From positions 1 to 46,461 of the forward strand of contig JACQGN010000009.1 in NCBI GenBank assembly GCA_016199545.1: DNA of 46,461 bases, read 5' to 3'. Source of the stretch: Betaproteobacteria bacterium (GTDB lineage Bacteria > Pseudomonadota > Gammaproteobacteria > Burkholderiales > SG8-41). Numbering within the stretch: position 1 is the first letter of the stretch; every line of letters starts with the position of its first letter. The position numbers and the translations under genes were made by a program. The notes below the pieces were generated by a model that was not told the origin of the DNA, searched no databases, and worked only from the letters and a program-made list of their open reading frames with translations. Positions 1 through 8,892 of the stretch are shown here, one piece after another.

Positions 1-116
1 GCATACCGCCAGTTTCTAGCACACTGGACGCCACTGTACAACCCCTTTCCCTACGAAAGATGTGTAGATACCTATGCCTTGAAGGGGAGGGACCGGATTC
101 CTTGACCGCGTAAACG

Positions 117-2408
117 TTAACGAGCGGTCCCGTTGATCGCCCGCCAAAGCTTCGCCGGCGTGAGCGGCATATCAAGGTCCTTGATGCCGAACGGGCGCAC
201 CGCATCGAGCACCGCGCCAACCAGCACCGGAATCGAAGCGGTGCAGCCGGATTCGCCGACGCCCTTGACGCCGAGCGGGCTCACCTTGCTCGCGGTGGGA
301 TGTTCTTCCCCGCGAATCTCCGGGATCAGGCCCGCGCGCGGCATGTAGTAGTCCATGAAGGTCGCCGTCAGCGGTTGTCCCGTCTCCGGGTCGTAAATAA
401 CCTTCTCGCCGAAGACCTGTCCCGCGCCCTGCACAATGCCGCCGTGCAGTTGCCCTTCGACGATGGCATGGTTGATGACGACGCCGATGTCGTCGACCGC
501 GCAATACGACATGACCTCGGTCGCGCCGGTCTCCGGGTCGACTTCGACTTCGGCGATGTGACATCCGTTCGGATACGTGGAACCGAACTTGCCATCCGCC
601 ATGAAGCTCAGCGTCTTCTCTTTCGCCAGGTCCGCGAGCTTCACCGTCCTGGGCGATTCACGAGTGCGAAACGTCCCCTTTGCGTATTCCACCTGCGAGG
701 GTTCGACACCCAGTTCCAGGGCCGCCAGCGCCTTGCCTTCTTCGACGAGCTTCTTCGCCGCAAGGTGGCACACGCTGCCGGCGCCGACGGTGCTGCGCGA
801 ACCGCCGGTGCCGTTCCCCTTGAGCCTCGTACCGGGCGCGCACTCTACGATCTTCACCCGCTCGATCGGGATCTCCAGCGCATCCGCGACGATCTGTGCG
901 AACGTCGTCTCGTGACTCTGTCCCTGCGACTTGGCGACCGTGAATGCGCTGACCGTGCCGCTCGCGTCGAGCTGAATCTCGACCTCGTCCTGCGGGGCGT
1001 TGCCGAGGCCGGTATTCTCGATGACCGTCGATATGCCGATGCCGCGCAGCTTCCCGGCCTTCTTCGATTTGGCGCGCCGGCCCGCGAAGCCCTTCCAGTC
1101 GGCGAGCTTGAGCGCCTTTTCGAGCACACCCGGCAGGTCGGCGATCTCGTAGCTGCCGCCGGTCGGCGACGTGTACGGGAAGGCCGACGGGGGAATGAAG
1201 TTACGCCGGCGCAGCTCAGCCGGGTCAACGTCAAGCTCCGCGGCGGCCTGGTTGACGAGGCGCTCGACGGTGTACGCGATATCCGGCCGTCCGGCGCCGC
1301 GATAGGCGCCGATGGGTGTGGTGTTCGTGATGGGAATGCGATACGTCCCGTACAGCGCCGGAATGCGGTACACGCCCGTCATGCAGTTAGTCGTATTGCG
1401 GATGTGCCCCTGCGCGCCCGGCGAGAGGTACGCGCCCAGGTCGACGATCCAGTCGATGCGCATCGCCAGGAACTTCCCGTCCTTGTCGAGCGCGAGCTGG
1501 CCGTGGGCGATCATGTTGCGGCCGTGCGTGTCGGTCATCAGGCCTTCCGTGCGCGTGGCGGTCCACTTCACCGGCGCGCCGAGCGTCTTCGCGGCGATCA
1601 TGAGCGCGGCGTATTCCGGATAGGCGCCCGAGCGCTGGCCGAAGCCGCCGCCGACGTCGCGCGCCTCGAAGACGAGCTTCTCCGGCGGCACTTTGGTGTA
1701 GTTCGAGAGCTGCGAGCGCTGCGTGCCGACGCCCTGCATCGGGGTGTGGATCCGATACGATTCCGTGGCCGCGTCGTAGGCGACGTGGCACGCCCGCGGC
1801 TCCATGGGATTCGGCGCAACGCGCGTCGATACGACTTTGGCGCGGGTGATGTGCGCCGCGGCCGCAAACGCCGCTTCGACGGCCTTTTCGTCGCCGATCT
1901 CGGACTCCCACGCGAGATTGCCCGGCACTTCGTCGGAGAGTTGCGGCGCGCCCTCTTTGAGCGCACCTTCGGGATCGGTGACGCTCCGGAGGTCGCGGTA
2001 CTCGACTTCAACGAGCTCGGCGGCGTCCTGCGCGGCCGCCGCGCTGTCGGCGACGACCAGCGCCACGGCTTCTCCGACAAAGCGTACCTTCTTGTGCGCG
2101 AGCACCGGGCGCTCCGGCGACCTCGCCTTCATGCCGTTCTTGCCGATGAACGCCATGGTGTGCGGCGCCCGGACGTATCCGGCGCGCACCGCGTCTTCGC
2201 CGGTGAACACGCGCTTCACGCCGGGGAAGGCCGCCGCGTTCTTCGTGTCCACCGAGACGATCTCGGCGTGGGCGCGGTCAGATCGCACGAAATGGCCGTA
2301 GAGCTGGCCGGGCACGTTCCAGTCCGAGGCGTACCTGCCGGCGCCGGTGATGAGGCGGACGTCCTCAACGCGGCGGCCGTCGTGATGGTCGTGGGTTTTG
2401 TTGCTCAT
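117..2408 (-). CDS. Xanthine dehydrogenase family molybdopterin-binding large subunit (form II CoxL-like)
   Basis: N-terminal RRVEDVRLITGAGRY, VGGGFG, active-site loop AYRGAGR, C-terminal GVKGVGESG; GGAGGAG RBS before ATG at 2408. Confidence 0.9.
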   Translation of the reverse strand: MSNKTHDHHDGRRVEDVRLITGAGRYASDWNVPGQLYGHFVRSDRAHAEIVSVDTKNAAAFPGVKRVFTGEDAVRAGYVRAPHTMAFIGKNGMKARSPERPVLAHKKVRFVGEAVALVVADSAAAAQDAAELVEVEYRDLRSVTDPEGALKEGAPQLSDEVPGNLAWESEIGDEKAVEAAFAAAAHITRAKVVSTRVAPNPMEPRACHVAYDAATESYRIHTPMQGVGTQRSQLSNYTKVPPEKLVFEARDVGGGFGQRSGAYPEYAALMIAAKTLGAPVKWTATRTEGLMTDTHGRNMIAHGQLALDKDGKFLAMRIDWIVDLGAYLSPGAQGHIRNTTNCMTGVYRIPALYGTYRIPITNTTPIGAYRGAGRPDIAYTVERLVNQAAAELDVDPAELRRRNFIPPSAFPYTSPTGGSYEIADLPGVLEKALKLADWKGFAGRRAKSKKAGKLRGIGISTVIENTGLGNAPQDEVEIQLDASGTVSAFTVAKSQGQSHETTFAQIVADALEIPIERVKIVECAPGTRLKGNGTGGSRSTVGAGSVCHLAAKKLVEEGKALAALELGVEPSQVEYAKGTFRTRESPRTVKLADLAKEKTLSFMADGKFGSTYPNGCHIAEVEVDPETGATEVMSYCAVDDIGVVINHAIVEGQLHGGIVQGAGQVFGEKVIYDPETGQPLTATFMDYYMPRAGLIPEIRGEEHPTASKVSPLGVKGVGESGCTASIPVLVGAVLDAVRPFGIKDLDMPLTPAKLWRAINGTAR

Positions 2409-2549
2409 GGCGTTTCTTGCTCCTCCCGGTTTTGGCGGCATACTGCGAGTCTAAATCAACTGTGATTAAAAAGGGGCCAGGATCGCTTGTCGTGTCACGT
2501 GTCACTTACCTCAAGCTTCCCGACTAGAACGGCTTCTTCCGCGTCGGGT

Positions 2550-3434
2550 TCAACGCTCGGCGGCCACTTTCAGGTCCATCGTACCGATGCCCTCGATGGT
2601 GCCCTTCAGGTGATCGCCGTCGGCGAGCTTCGATACGCCGGCCGGCGTGCCGGTCGTGATCAGGGTCCCGGGCTGCAACGTCAGCGCGGCTGACAGGAAG
2701 CGGATCAGGTCGCGCAGGCCGTTGATCATGTCGGCGGTGTGCGCGTGCATCACGTTCCTGCCGTTCTGCTCGACGTCGATGTGGAGATCCTGCGGCTCGC
2801 GGATCTCGTCGCGCGTCACGATCCACGGCCCGAGTCCGCAGAACGTGTCGAAGCCCTTGCGGATGTTGCGGGTGTTGTGGAATCCCTTGCCCCAGGGATC
2901 GCGGATGCTGATGTCCCAGCACATGGTGTAACCGTACACCCAGTCGAGCGCCTGCGCCACCGGCACCTTGCGCGCCGGGCGGCCGATGACGGCGCATAGC
3001 TCGCATTCGAAATCGACGTGCCGCGCGATCTTCGGCAGTATCACGGTACCGCCGGGCCCGATGATGGACGAGGCTGGCTTCAGAAACAGCTCCGCCATCA
3101 GGTCGTCGCTCGAGAGCTTCGAGCGGTCGTAGCCGCCGACGCGTTCGATCATCTCCGCCTGGTGGGCGCGGTAGTTGGCGGCCGCGGCCCAGATCGCCGG
3201 CGGATGGTCGAGGGGCGCGAGCAGCCGCGCCGAGGCGAGCGCGACCGGCTCTTCCTGGCGCGCGGACGCAAGCGCTGTGGCAGCCGACGGATGGTTCGCA
3301 AGCGCATCGACGACTTCCGCCATGGTCGCACCCGCGCGTGACGCGCCCGCGGCGGCCAGCGCGTCGGAAAGCGGATAGATCAGGCCGCCCTCGATCAGTC
3401 CCGGCGCGCCGTCGTCGTAACAGCAAATCTTCAT
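2550..3434 (-). CDS. Fumarylacetoacetate hydrolase family protein
   Basis: FLKPASSIIGP, DFECEL, GYTMCWDIS.RD, KGFDTFCGLGPWIVT, TGTPAGV motifs. Confidence 0.9.
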   Translation of the reverse strand: MKICCYDDGAPGLIEGGLIYPLSDALAAAGASRAGATMAEVVDALANHPSAATALASARQEEPVALASARLLAPLDHPPAIWAAAANYRAHQAEMIERVGGYDRSKLSSDDLMAELFLKPASSIIGPGGTVILPKIARHVDFECELCAVIGRPARKVPVAQALDWVYGYTMCWDISIRDPWGKGFHNTRNIRKGFDTFCGLGPWIVTRDEIREPQDLHIDVEQNGRNVMHAHTADMINGLRDLIRFLSAALTLQPGTLITTGTPAGVSKLADGDHLKGTIEGIGTMDLKVAAER

Positions 3435-3585
3435 TGAACCCTCGTGTCGGTCTGGCGTGCTACTTGGTGAGCGTCAGCAGGTTGTCCGGCGCGAATGAGT
3501 CGACATGCGGCACGTCTTTCTTCCGGTGGCTGCCAGGCACAGTCACTGAGGGGGGCTGGATGAAAGGGGTGACCGGCCGCAGGCC

Positions 3586-4158
3586 TTAAGAATCCGGGCG
3601 GCATTGCCTGCGCACTTCTTCCACCAGCTTGCGCGCTTCCTCCAGGTCCCGCGCGCTCAGCTTCTCCTTCAACTGGCCGAGCAACTCGGTCGGCTTGGCC
3701 CCGTTCTCCAACGCTACGGTGAGCCATGCGACTGCAAGGACACCGCTGGGCGCGACGCCGCGTCCCATGGCATAGAACAGCCCCACGTTGTACTGGGAGG
3801 CGGCATGGCCGCGCTCCGCCGCGCGCCGAAACCAGCGCAGGGCCCGCACATCGTCGCGCGGCACGAGCAGGCCCTGAGCGTACATTTCCCCGAGATAGGC
3901 CTGCGCCACGCGATCGTTCTGCTCGGCGGCGCGCCGGTACCACAGCACTGCCGTAGCGCCATCCTGCGGCACGCCCAGGCCATTTTCGTAGAGCAACCCG
4001 AGATTGAACTGGGCATTGACGTTGCCCTTCTCGGCGAGGGGTTGCCATGCGCGCAGCGCCGCGCCATAGTCACCCGCTCCCGCGGCGGCGACTCCGGATT
4101 CAAAGTCCGCGGCCGCGGTAAGCGGGAGGGCTAGCAGCAGCAGGAAAAGAAGCCGCAT
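3586..4158 (-). CDS. Secreted Sel1/TPR repeat protein
   Basis: Signal peptide MRLLFLLLLALPLTAAA; three AQxNLG..Y..G.GV..D...A..W...AAE repeats; start may be 4182. Confidence 0.85.
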   Translation of the reverse strand: MRLLFLLLLALPLTAAADFESGVAAAGAGDYGAALRAWQPLAEKGNVNAQFNLGLLYENGLGVPQDGATAVLWYRRAAEQNDRVAQAYLGEMYAQGLLVPRDDVRALRWFRRAAERGHAASQYNVGLFYAMGRGVAPSGVLAVAWLTVALENGAKPTELLGQLKEKLSARDLEEARKLVEEVRRQCRPDS

Positions 4159-4239
4159 GATTCGCCTTGGGAGTCTGCGCATTGTAATCGCGTGCCGGGC
4201 TTCCGATGATCCGCGATTGCGGTATCGGTTACCTCGGCC

Positions 4240-4314
4240 CGAAGCAATCTCGTTGCAGGCAACGCAACCGCGGCCAGCCGCGAGATCGCCGCGTCGTCGA
4301 CTCCTCGCGATGAC
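4240..4314. repeat. Partial palindromic intergenic repeat (REP/RPE-like)
   Basis: Minus strand reads GTCATCGCGAGG...GACGCGGCGATCTC...GAGATTGCTTCG, the pattern of a widespread proteobacterial miniature palindromic element. Confidence 0.55.
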
Positions 4315-4367
4315 AGCAGGCGCCGTGCCCGCCGCAGATTACTGACAGCAATTTACGGGACACGATA

Positions 4368-5210
4368 CTAGCTCTTCTTCGGCGACCAGCCATAGGCCTT
4401 GGCGCAGGCACCGCCCATCAGCATCGCCCGTTCACTGTCGGTGAGGCGGTTGGTCTGGCGGAAGGGCTCGACGGCCTGCTCGAAGTTGACGACCGCGAAG
4501 GCGCGGGTCCAGTCGGTGCCCCACAGGCAGCGCTCGAAACCCCAGGCGTCGAACACGCGGGAGAGTGGGTCCCAGATGTCCGGGAAGGGATACGGCTCCT
4601 TGGACAGCGTGCAGGCGCCGCTCACCTTGATCACCGCGTTCTTGCGCTTCGCGAGCTCCAGCACCTTCGGCAGCTCGGCCCAGGGCTCACGCGGGGCGGG
4701 CGGCGTGCGCGGCTGCATGAGACCCAGATGGTCGATGATGAAGCGCGTGTCGGGGTGGCGGTCGACGAGCGCCGTGCCCGCGTCGAGGTTGCCCCAGCAC
4801 AGCATGTTGACCGGAAAGTCGTGCCGCACGGCTGCGCGCAGTACCCGGTCGAGGCCCTGCTCGCTCGGGCTGCGTCCCGGATCCTTCGTCACGATGATGC
4901 GGATGCCGACGGTGCCCGGCGTCTTCTTCCACTCCGCGATGACGTCGTCCACGGCCGGATCGTCCGCGTCGACCGGCTTGACGATGGCGAACCGGCCGGG
5001 ATGGGCCCGTTGCACTTCCACCGCATAGCTGGCGTCGTACCGGTACATGGAAAACGCGGAGATGAAGATCGCGCCGTCGATACCGAGCTTGTCCATCGCC
5101 GCCGCCATCTCGTCGCCGGTGGCATGAGGGGGCCAGTTCGGCACATTGTGCCAGGGCCGTTTTGGCGTGTTCGCCTCGTAGCAGTGCACCTGCGAATCGA
5201 TGATAGGCAT
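4368..5210 (-). CDS. Amidohydrolase family protein (amidohydro_2)
   Basis: IIDSQVH, IIDHLG, IKVSG, RCLWGTDW motifs. Confidence 0.9.
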   Translation of the reverse strand: MPIIDSQVHCYEANTPKRPWHNVPNWPPHATGDEMAAAMDKLGIDGAIFISAFSMYRYDASYAVEVQRAHPGRFAIVKPVDADDPAVDDVIAEWKKTPGTVGIRIIVTKDPGRSPSEQGLDRVLRAAVRHDFPVNMLCWGNLDAGTALVDRHPDTRFIIDHLGLMQPRTPPAPREPWAELPKVLELAKRKNAVIKVSGACTLSKEPYPFPDIWDPLSRVFDAWGFERCLWGTDWTRAFAVVNFEQAVEPFRQTNRLTDSERAMLMGGACAKAYGWSPKKS

Positions 5211-5246
5211 CGGGAAGCTCCTCTGTGCTAAGGGGAATAGAGACTG

Positions 5247-5448
5247 CTAGCAGCCTGTCGGACTCAGCGGTCCGCACAGGCTGCTATAAGCAAAACCGAC
5301 TGACAATTCATAAAAACTGAGCCAAAGCGATCGAATTTGAGGAAAAGCGTGGGGGACATCGCATAGTTTTCATCATTTTCTCGCACTTCTCCCGGCACCG
5401 GTTTTGCATAAGGAGTTTGTCGGGGCTAAGTCCGACAAATTCCTAGTG
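5247..5448. repeat. 202-bp divergent intergenic cassette, copy 1 (inverted homolog of 43742-43943)
   Basis: Reverse complement aligns end to end with 43742-43943, including both terminal hairpins and the internal ACGCTTT(T/C)CCTCAA(A/G)TTCGA block. Confidence 0.85.
5394..5407 (+). promoter_or_regulatory. Sigma54 (-24/-12) promoter motif upstream of the YciI-like gene
   Basis: GG-CACCGGTTTT-GC(A): exact GG-N10-GC spacing, close to the TGGCACG-N4-TTGC consensus. Confidence 0.6.
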
Positions 5449-5528
5449 TAACTTTTCCGCGGGCGACGGTCGCTGTCAGGAAGTCGAAGCGTTACACTGA
5501 CGCCAATTTCGCATGCAGGAGAGAATCG

Positions 5529-6206
5529 ATGGCTAGCGTTGCAAGCGGCTACCTGCCCGGCGACCCGCGGTACGGGCTGAGCGGCGACGAGTTGCGCCGG
5601 TACTACAGCAAGAAGCCGGCGCAATGGGTGATCTTTGGGTGGGACGGGGCCGGCAAGGCCGGCGCGCGCGCGGCCAATATCGCCGCCCAGAAAGACTATG
5701 CGAAAGCGCTCGGTGAGCGCCTGGTCGGCTATGGACACATCGTGTCTGACGGCGCGTCCCTAACGCTGGCGACTACCTGGTTCGTCCAGCTCGACGACCG
5801 GGCCGCCGCCGAAGCATTTGTCGCCGCGGACCCTTTGAACCGTGCGGGCGTCTACGAAAAGACGGATATCCGTCGCTGGTCGAACAGCTACCTGAAGCGC
5901 GCGGCCGACTACGAGCGCAAAGGGATGCAACGATACCTATGCACCGGATCCAAAATTCCCGGCGCAGCGCCTTTCTTTGCCAGGCACCTGCACGCCCATG
6001 AGGCTTACTTCAAGAAGTACGAAGACAGCTTCATATTCCGCGGACCGCTGCGTTCGCCGGACGGAGCCGAGAATGTCGGGACCGCGCTGCTGCTCGAATT
6101 GCCCGACCGCGCGGCAGCCGAGAACTTCTGGAACAACGAGCCGTTCGCAGCGAACGGCGGTTACCAGGACGACTCGCGGATCTATCGCTGGGAATTTGGC
6201 GACTGA
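5529..6206 (+). CDS. Tandem YciI-like domain protein
   Basis: Two repeats ending DRAAAEAFVAADPL..AGVY and DRAAAENFWNNEPF..NGGY; GGAGA RBS. Confidence 0.7.
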   Translation: MASVASGYLPGDPRYGLSGDELRRYYSKKPAQWVIFGWDGAGKAGARAANIAAQKDYAKALGERLVGYGHIVSDGASLTLATTWFVQLDDRAAAEAFVAADPLNRAGVYEKTDIRRWSNSYLKRAADYERKGMQRYLCTGSKIPGAAPFFARHLHAHEAYFKKYEDSFIFRGPLRSPDGAENVGTALLLELPDRAAAENFWNNEPFAANGGYQDDSRIYRWEFGD

Positions 6207-6238
6207 CCGGTCGGGAATCCTTGGACAGGGAGACGGAC

Positions 6239-6610
6239 ATGAGCAACGGACAGACGATCATCGAGCTCGACCAGAAGCGCATGACCGCGATGGCGCAGAA
6301 GGATGTCGCGGCCTTGAAGAACATGCTGTGCAAGGGGCTCGTCTACACCCATTCCTCCGGCCGCCAGGACACCAAGCAGAGCCTGCTCGACGGCATGGAA
6401 TCCGGCACGACCGTCTACACGTCGATGGTGCCCTCCGACGTCAAGGCGCAGGATTTCGGGAACGTCGTCGTGCTGACCGGCGTCGCGGCCATCAGCGTCA
6501 ATTCCCGCGGCAAGCCGAATTCGTTCCGCGTGCGGTTTACCGACGTCTATGAGAACCAGAACGGCACGTGGCGCATGGTGACCTGGCAGTCGACGAAGCT
6601 TCCCGACTAG
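6239..6610 (+). CDS. NTF2-like (DUF4440) protein
   Basis: LVYTHSSGRQDTK, RFTDVY...WRMVTWQST; GGGAG RBS. Confidence 0.85.
   Translation: MSNGQTIIELDQKRMTAMAQKDVAALKNMLCKGLVYTHSSGRQDTKQSLLDGMESGTTVYTSMVPSDVKAQDFGNVVVLTGVAAISVNSRGKPNSFRVRFTDVYENQNGTWRMVTWQSTKLPD
6543..6609 (+). repeat. 67-bp direct repeat, left copy (3' end of the DUF4440 gene)
   Basis: 66/67 identical to 17588-17654. Confidence 0.95.
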
Positions 6611-6724
6611 ACGCCGCCGTCTCGCCAGAGCATAGCAAGCTACCTAAATCGGGGAATATGAGACAGTCGGGCTCAGCCGACAATTGGTGTCAGGGGTTTC
6701 CTGCCAGCAGAATGAAAGACAACG

Positions 6725-6997
6725 TCAGCCCTCGGATGACTGCGCCGGGGATTTGAGCTTGCGCTGGACTTCACCCTCCACGAACTCAACATATGGCTCG
6801 CCAGACAGGAGCGAGCGAATGGCGGCCTGGCACTCCGGATCGTCTATATCGACGATGTACAGAGCGGCGAGCTCCTTGTCCTTTTCGTTCGGGAACAGCG
6901 GGCGCACGGCCGCCGCTCCGGCATGGGTGACTCTTTCGATCACTCTCTGGCGGTGTGTGGCGGTTGTCGCACCTCGGAACTTGAGTTGGAGCTTCAT
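6725..6997 (-). CDS. Small protein resembling a subtilisin propeptide / I9 inhibitor
   Basis: About 90 aa; begins LQLKFR and ends YVEFVEGEVQRKL, paralleling LIVRFK...AVDFVEP in the adjacent S8 prodomain; start may be 7009. Confidence 0.55.
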   Translation of the reverse strand: MKLQLKFRGATTATHRQRVIERVTHAGAAAVRPLFPNEKDKELAALYIVDIDDPECQAAIRSLLSGEPYVEFVEGEVQRKLKSPAQSSEG

Positions 6998-7035
6998 TCT
7001 CCGGACCAACCGGGATTCTCGGGATTCTCCCCCGG

Positions 7036-8379
7036 CTACTTTAGCAGATTTGGCAGGTACAGTAGACCGTAGCCGTACTCTGAAGTTCTAGACTTTCCCT
7101 TCATCCCGAGGAGGCGCTTCGCCCGAGCTCGCAACAGCGAGCGGACCTTGGCTGCTGTAAGCTGCGGCGACTTGCCAAGTAGTCGCGCAACACCGCCCGC
7201 GACGTGAGGAGTCGCCATCGAGGTGCCATCCCAGGCGGCATATTCCACTTCATCCCGGTGCGCGGATTTCTTCATGGGAAGCGTGGACAGGATCGAAACG
7301 CCGGGCGCGACGACATGTATGTGTTTACCGGTATTGGAGAAATCGGCGCGGTCGAGCAAGCTGTCCACTGCTCCGACCGCTATCACGCCGGAGTACGCAC
7401 CGGGGTACTCCACCGGGTTTCCGTCGTTAAATTCGTTGCCCATGGCGGCGACGACGTTTATACCCCTGGAAACCAGCCGGCGAAAGAGCAGCTGCTCGGT
7501 CTGCGACGAACTCGCACCCCCGATGCTGAGATTGAGAACCCGCGCACCCGAATCCTCCACGGCCCGCAGTGATTGAAGGTAACGCTCGCCGTCCACGTAG
7601 AAATCCCCGTCGGTCGGTTTGTCCGGGAAGATTTTCCATACCTTGAGCTTGCAGTTCGCCACTCCGCTGATGCCGACCGCATTGTTCAATATCGCGGCGA
7701 TGATGCCCGCTACGTGAGTGCCGTGGCCCAGGACGTCTTCAGCGCGGAAGCCGCCGTGGTCGTAATCGATCGTGAGCTCCTTGAGATCGGGGTGCGTCGC
7801 GTCGATCCCGGTGTCGAGCACGGCGACGGTGATGTTATGCGCGCTTGGCAGCGCCTGGTCGAACCAGCCGATGGCATGCAACCCCCATTGCGAGCCCTGC
7901 ATGGGGTCGCCGGCCGCCGCCACGATCCATCGCGCCGGCATCGGTTCCACGAAATCGACTGCGTCCGACGCCTCAATGTCTTTTACGAGCTTGGCCGTCA
8001 CCGCCTTTGGATCGACCTCGACCATATTGAACCCGCGCAGTTCCTCCGAGGGCGATGCCGCCACGCTCATCACCAGGGCCGCCTTGTGCGCTCCTCCCTT
8101 GATGCCCGCGAATTTGATCTTCGGATCCACGGCGCCGGAAAAGAGGGGCGTGACTGTTTCGAGCCCGGCCCTGTTCCTGAGGTAGTCGAGCGGACCCGAA
8201 ACCGTTTCGGGCATTTCGTGAACCGCCGTGGTCATGCGCGCCGCCGAGTGAAACATTCTCGGCCCCACCCGGGGAATCGCCTTTTCCTTGAAGCGGACGA
8301 TGAGCTGTCCAGGAATGTGCGTCAGGCGATGCTTTACGCGGAATGTCGGCTGTTGGGTCCTGCGTGTTCTGGCTGGCAT
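7036..8379 (-). CDS. S8 family (subtilisin-like) serine peptidase, no signal peptide
   Basis: Triad motifs VAVLDTG, HGTHVAG, GTSMATPHVAG; oxyanion AAMGN; GAGGG RBS before 8379 (alternative start 8424). Confidence 0.95.
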   Translation of the reverse strand: MPARTRRTQQPTFRVKHRLTHIPGQLIVRFKEKAIPRVGPRMFHSAARMTTAVHEMPETVSGPLDYLRNRAGLETVTPLFSGAVDPKIKFAGIKGGAHKAALVMSVAASPSEELRGFNMVEVDPKAVTAKLVKDIEASDAVDFVEPMPARWIVAAAGDPMQGSQWGLHAIGWFDQALPSAHNITVAVLDTGIDATHPDLKELTIDYDHGGFRAEDVLGHGTHVAGIIAAILNNAVGISGVANCKLKVWKIFPDKPTDGDFYVDGERYLQSLRAVEDSGARVLNLSIGGASSSQTEQLLFRRLVSRGINVVAAMGNEFNDGNPVEYPGAYSGVIAVGAVDSLLDRADFSNTGKHIHVVAPGVSILSTLPMKKSAHRDEVEYAAWDGTSMATPHVAGGVARLLGKSPQLTAAKVRSLLRARAKRLLGMKGKSRTSEYGYGLLYLPNLLK

Positions 8380-8413
8380 GATTTTTCTCCCTCTTTGAAT
8401 TATTCCGTTGCCT

Positions 8414-8881
8414 TCATTTGCCACCGTCGACTATCGCGATATCCAGGGAATCCAGTTGGGCGAACGCCCAGCTGTCCTCCTTCGATTGATCCCTCAGGGC
8501 AATCAAAGAGCCCGCTATCGCGACTTTCCCACCGGCCTTGATCGGCACACCCAGCCTGGCATCCAGGGGTCCGTGCTGGTCCGACGACGAAACCATGACG
8601 CGGCGCCCCCGCGCCATCAGGAGAATGAGCGCCCATCCGGACGGCGAGGACGATTCCAGGGCGCCACGAAGATCGATCGTAAGCAGCGATCGCTTCTTGA
8701 TGCCGTTCACGCGGAATTCGAGACCGAAGGACCGCGACTCGACCTTGCCCGCGGCATCGGCTTTGTCGTTCGTCACCATCGCCTTGTCGAACAGGATGCT
8801 CAGCTCAGCGCTGTCGGGAGAAAGCGTGCTGATGAGCTTCTCCTTGCCACGGGTCAGCTTCGGCTTGGTAAGGGTGGGCAT
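8414..8881 (-). CDS. Hypothetical protein, 155 aa, probably beta-rich
   Basis: Co-oriented ORF with AGAGG RBS, 11 nt downstream of the preceding gene; no recognised motif. Confidence 0.65.
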   Translation of the reverse strand: MPTLTKPKLTRGKEKLISTLSPDSAELSILFDKAMVTNDKADAAGKVESRSFGLEFRVNGIKKRSLLTIDLRGALESSSPSGWALILLMARGRRVMVSSSDQHGPLDARLGVPIKAGGKVAIAGSLIALRDQSKEDSWAFAQLDSLDIAIVDGGK

Positions 8882-8892
8882 GCGTGTTTCCT

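Noticed and set aside
117-2408. True aerobic (form I) CO dehydrogenase
   Set aside because: Lacks the AYRCSFR copper-binding loop and cox accessory genes
7011-7030. Tandem CGGGATTCT duplication between the S8 and I9-like genes
   Set aside because: Only two 9-bp units, with no evidence of function or phase variation
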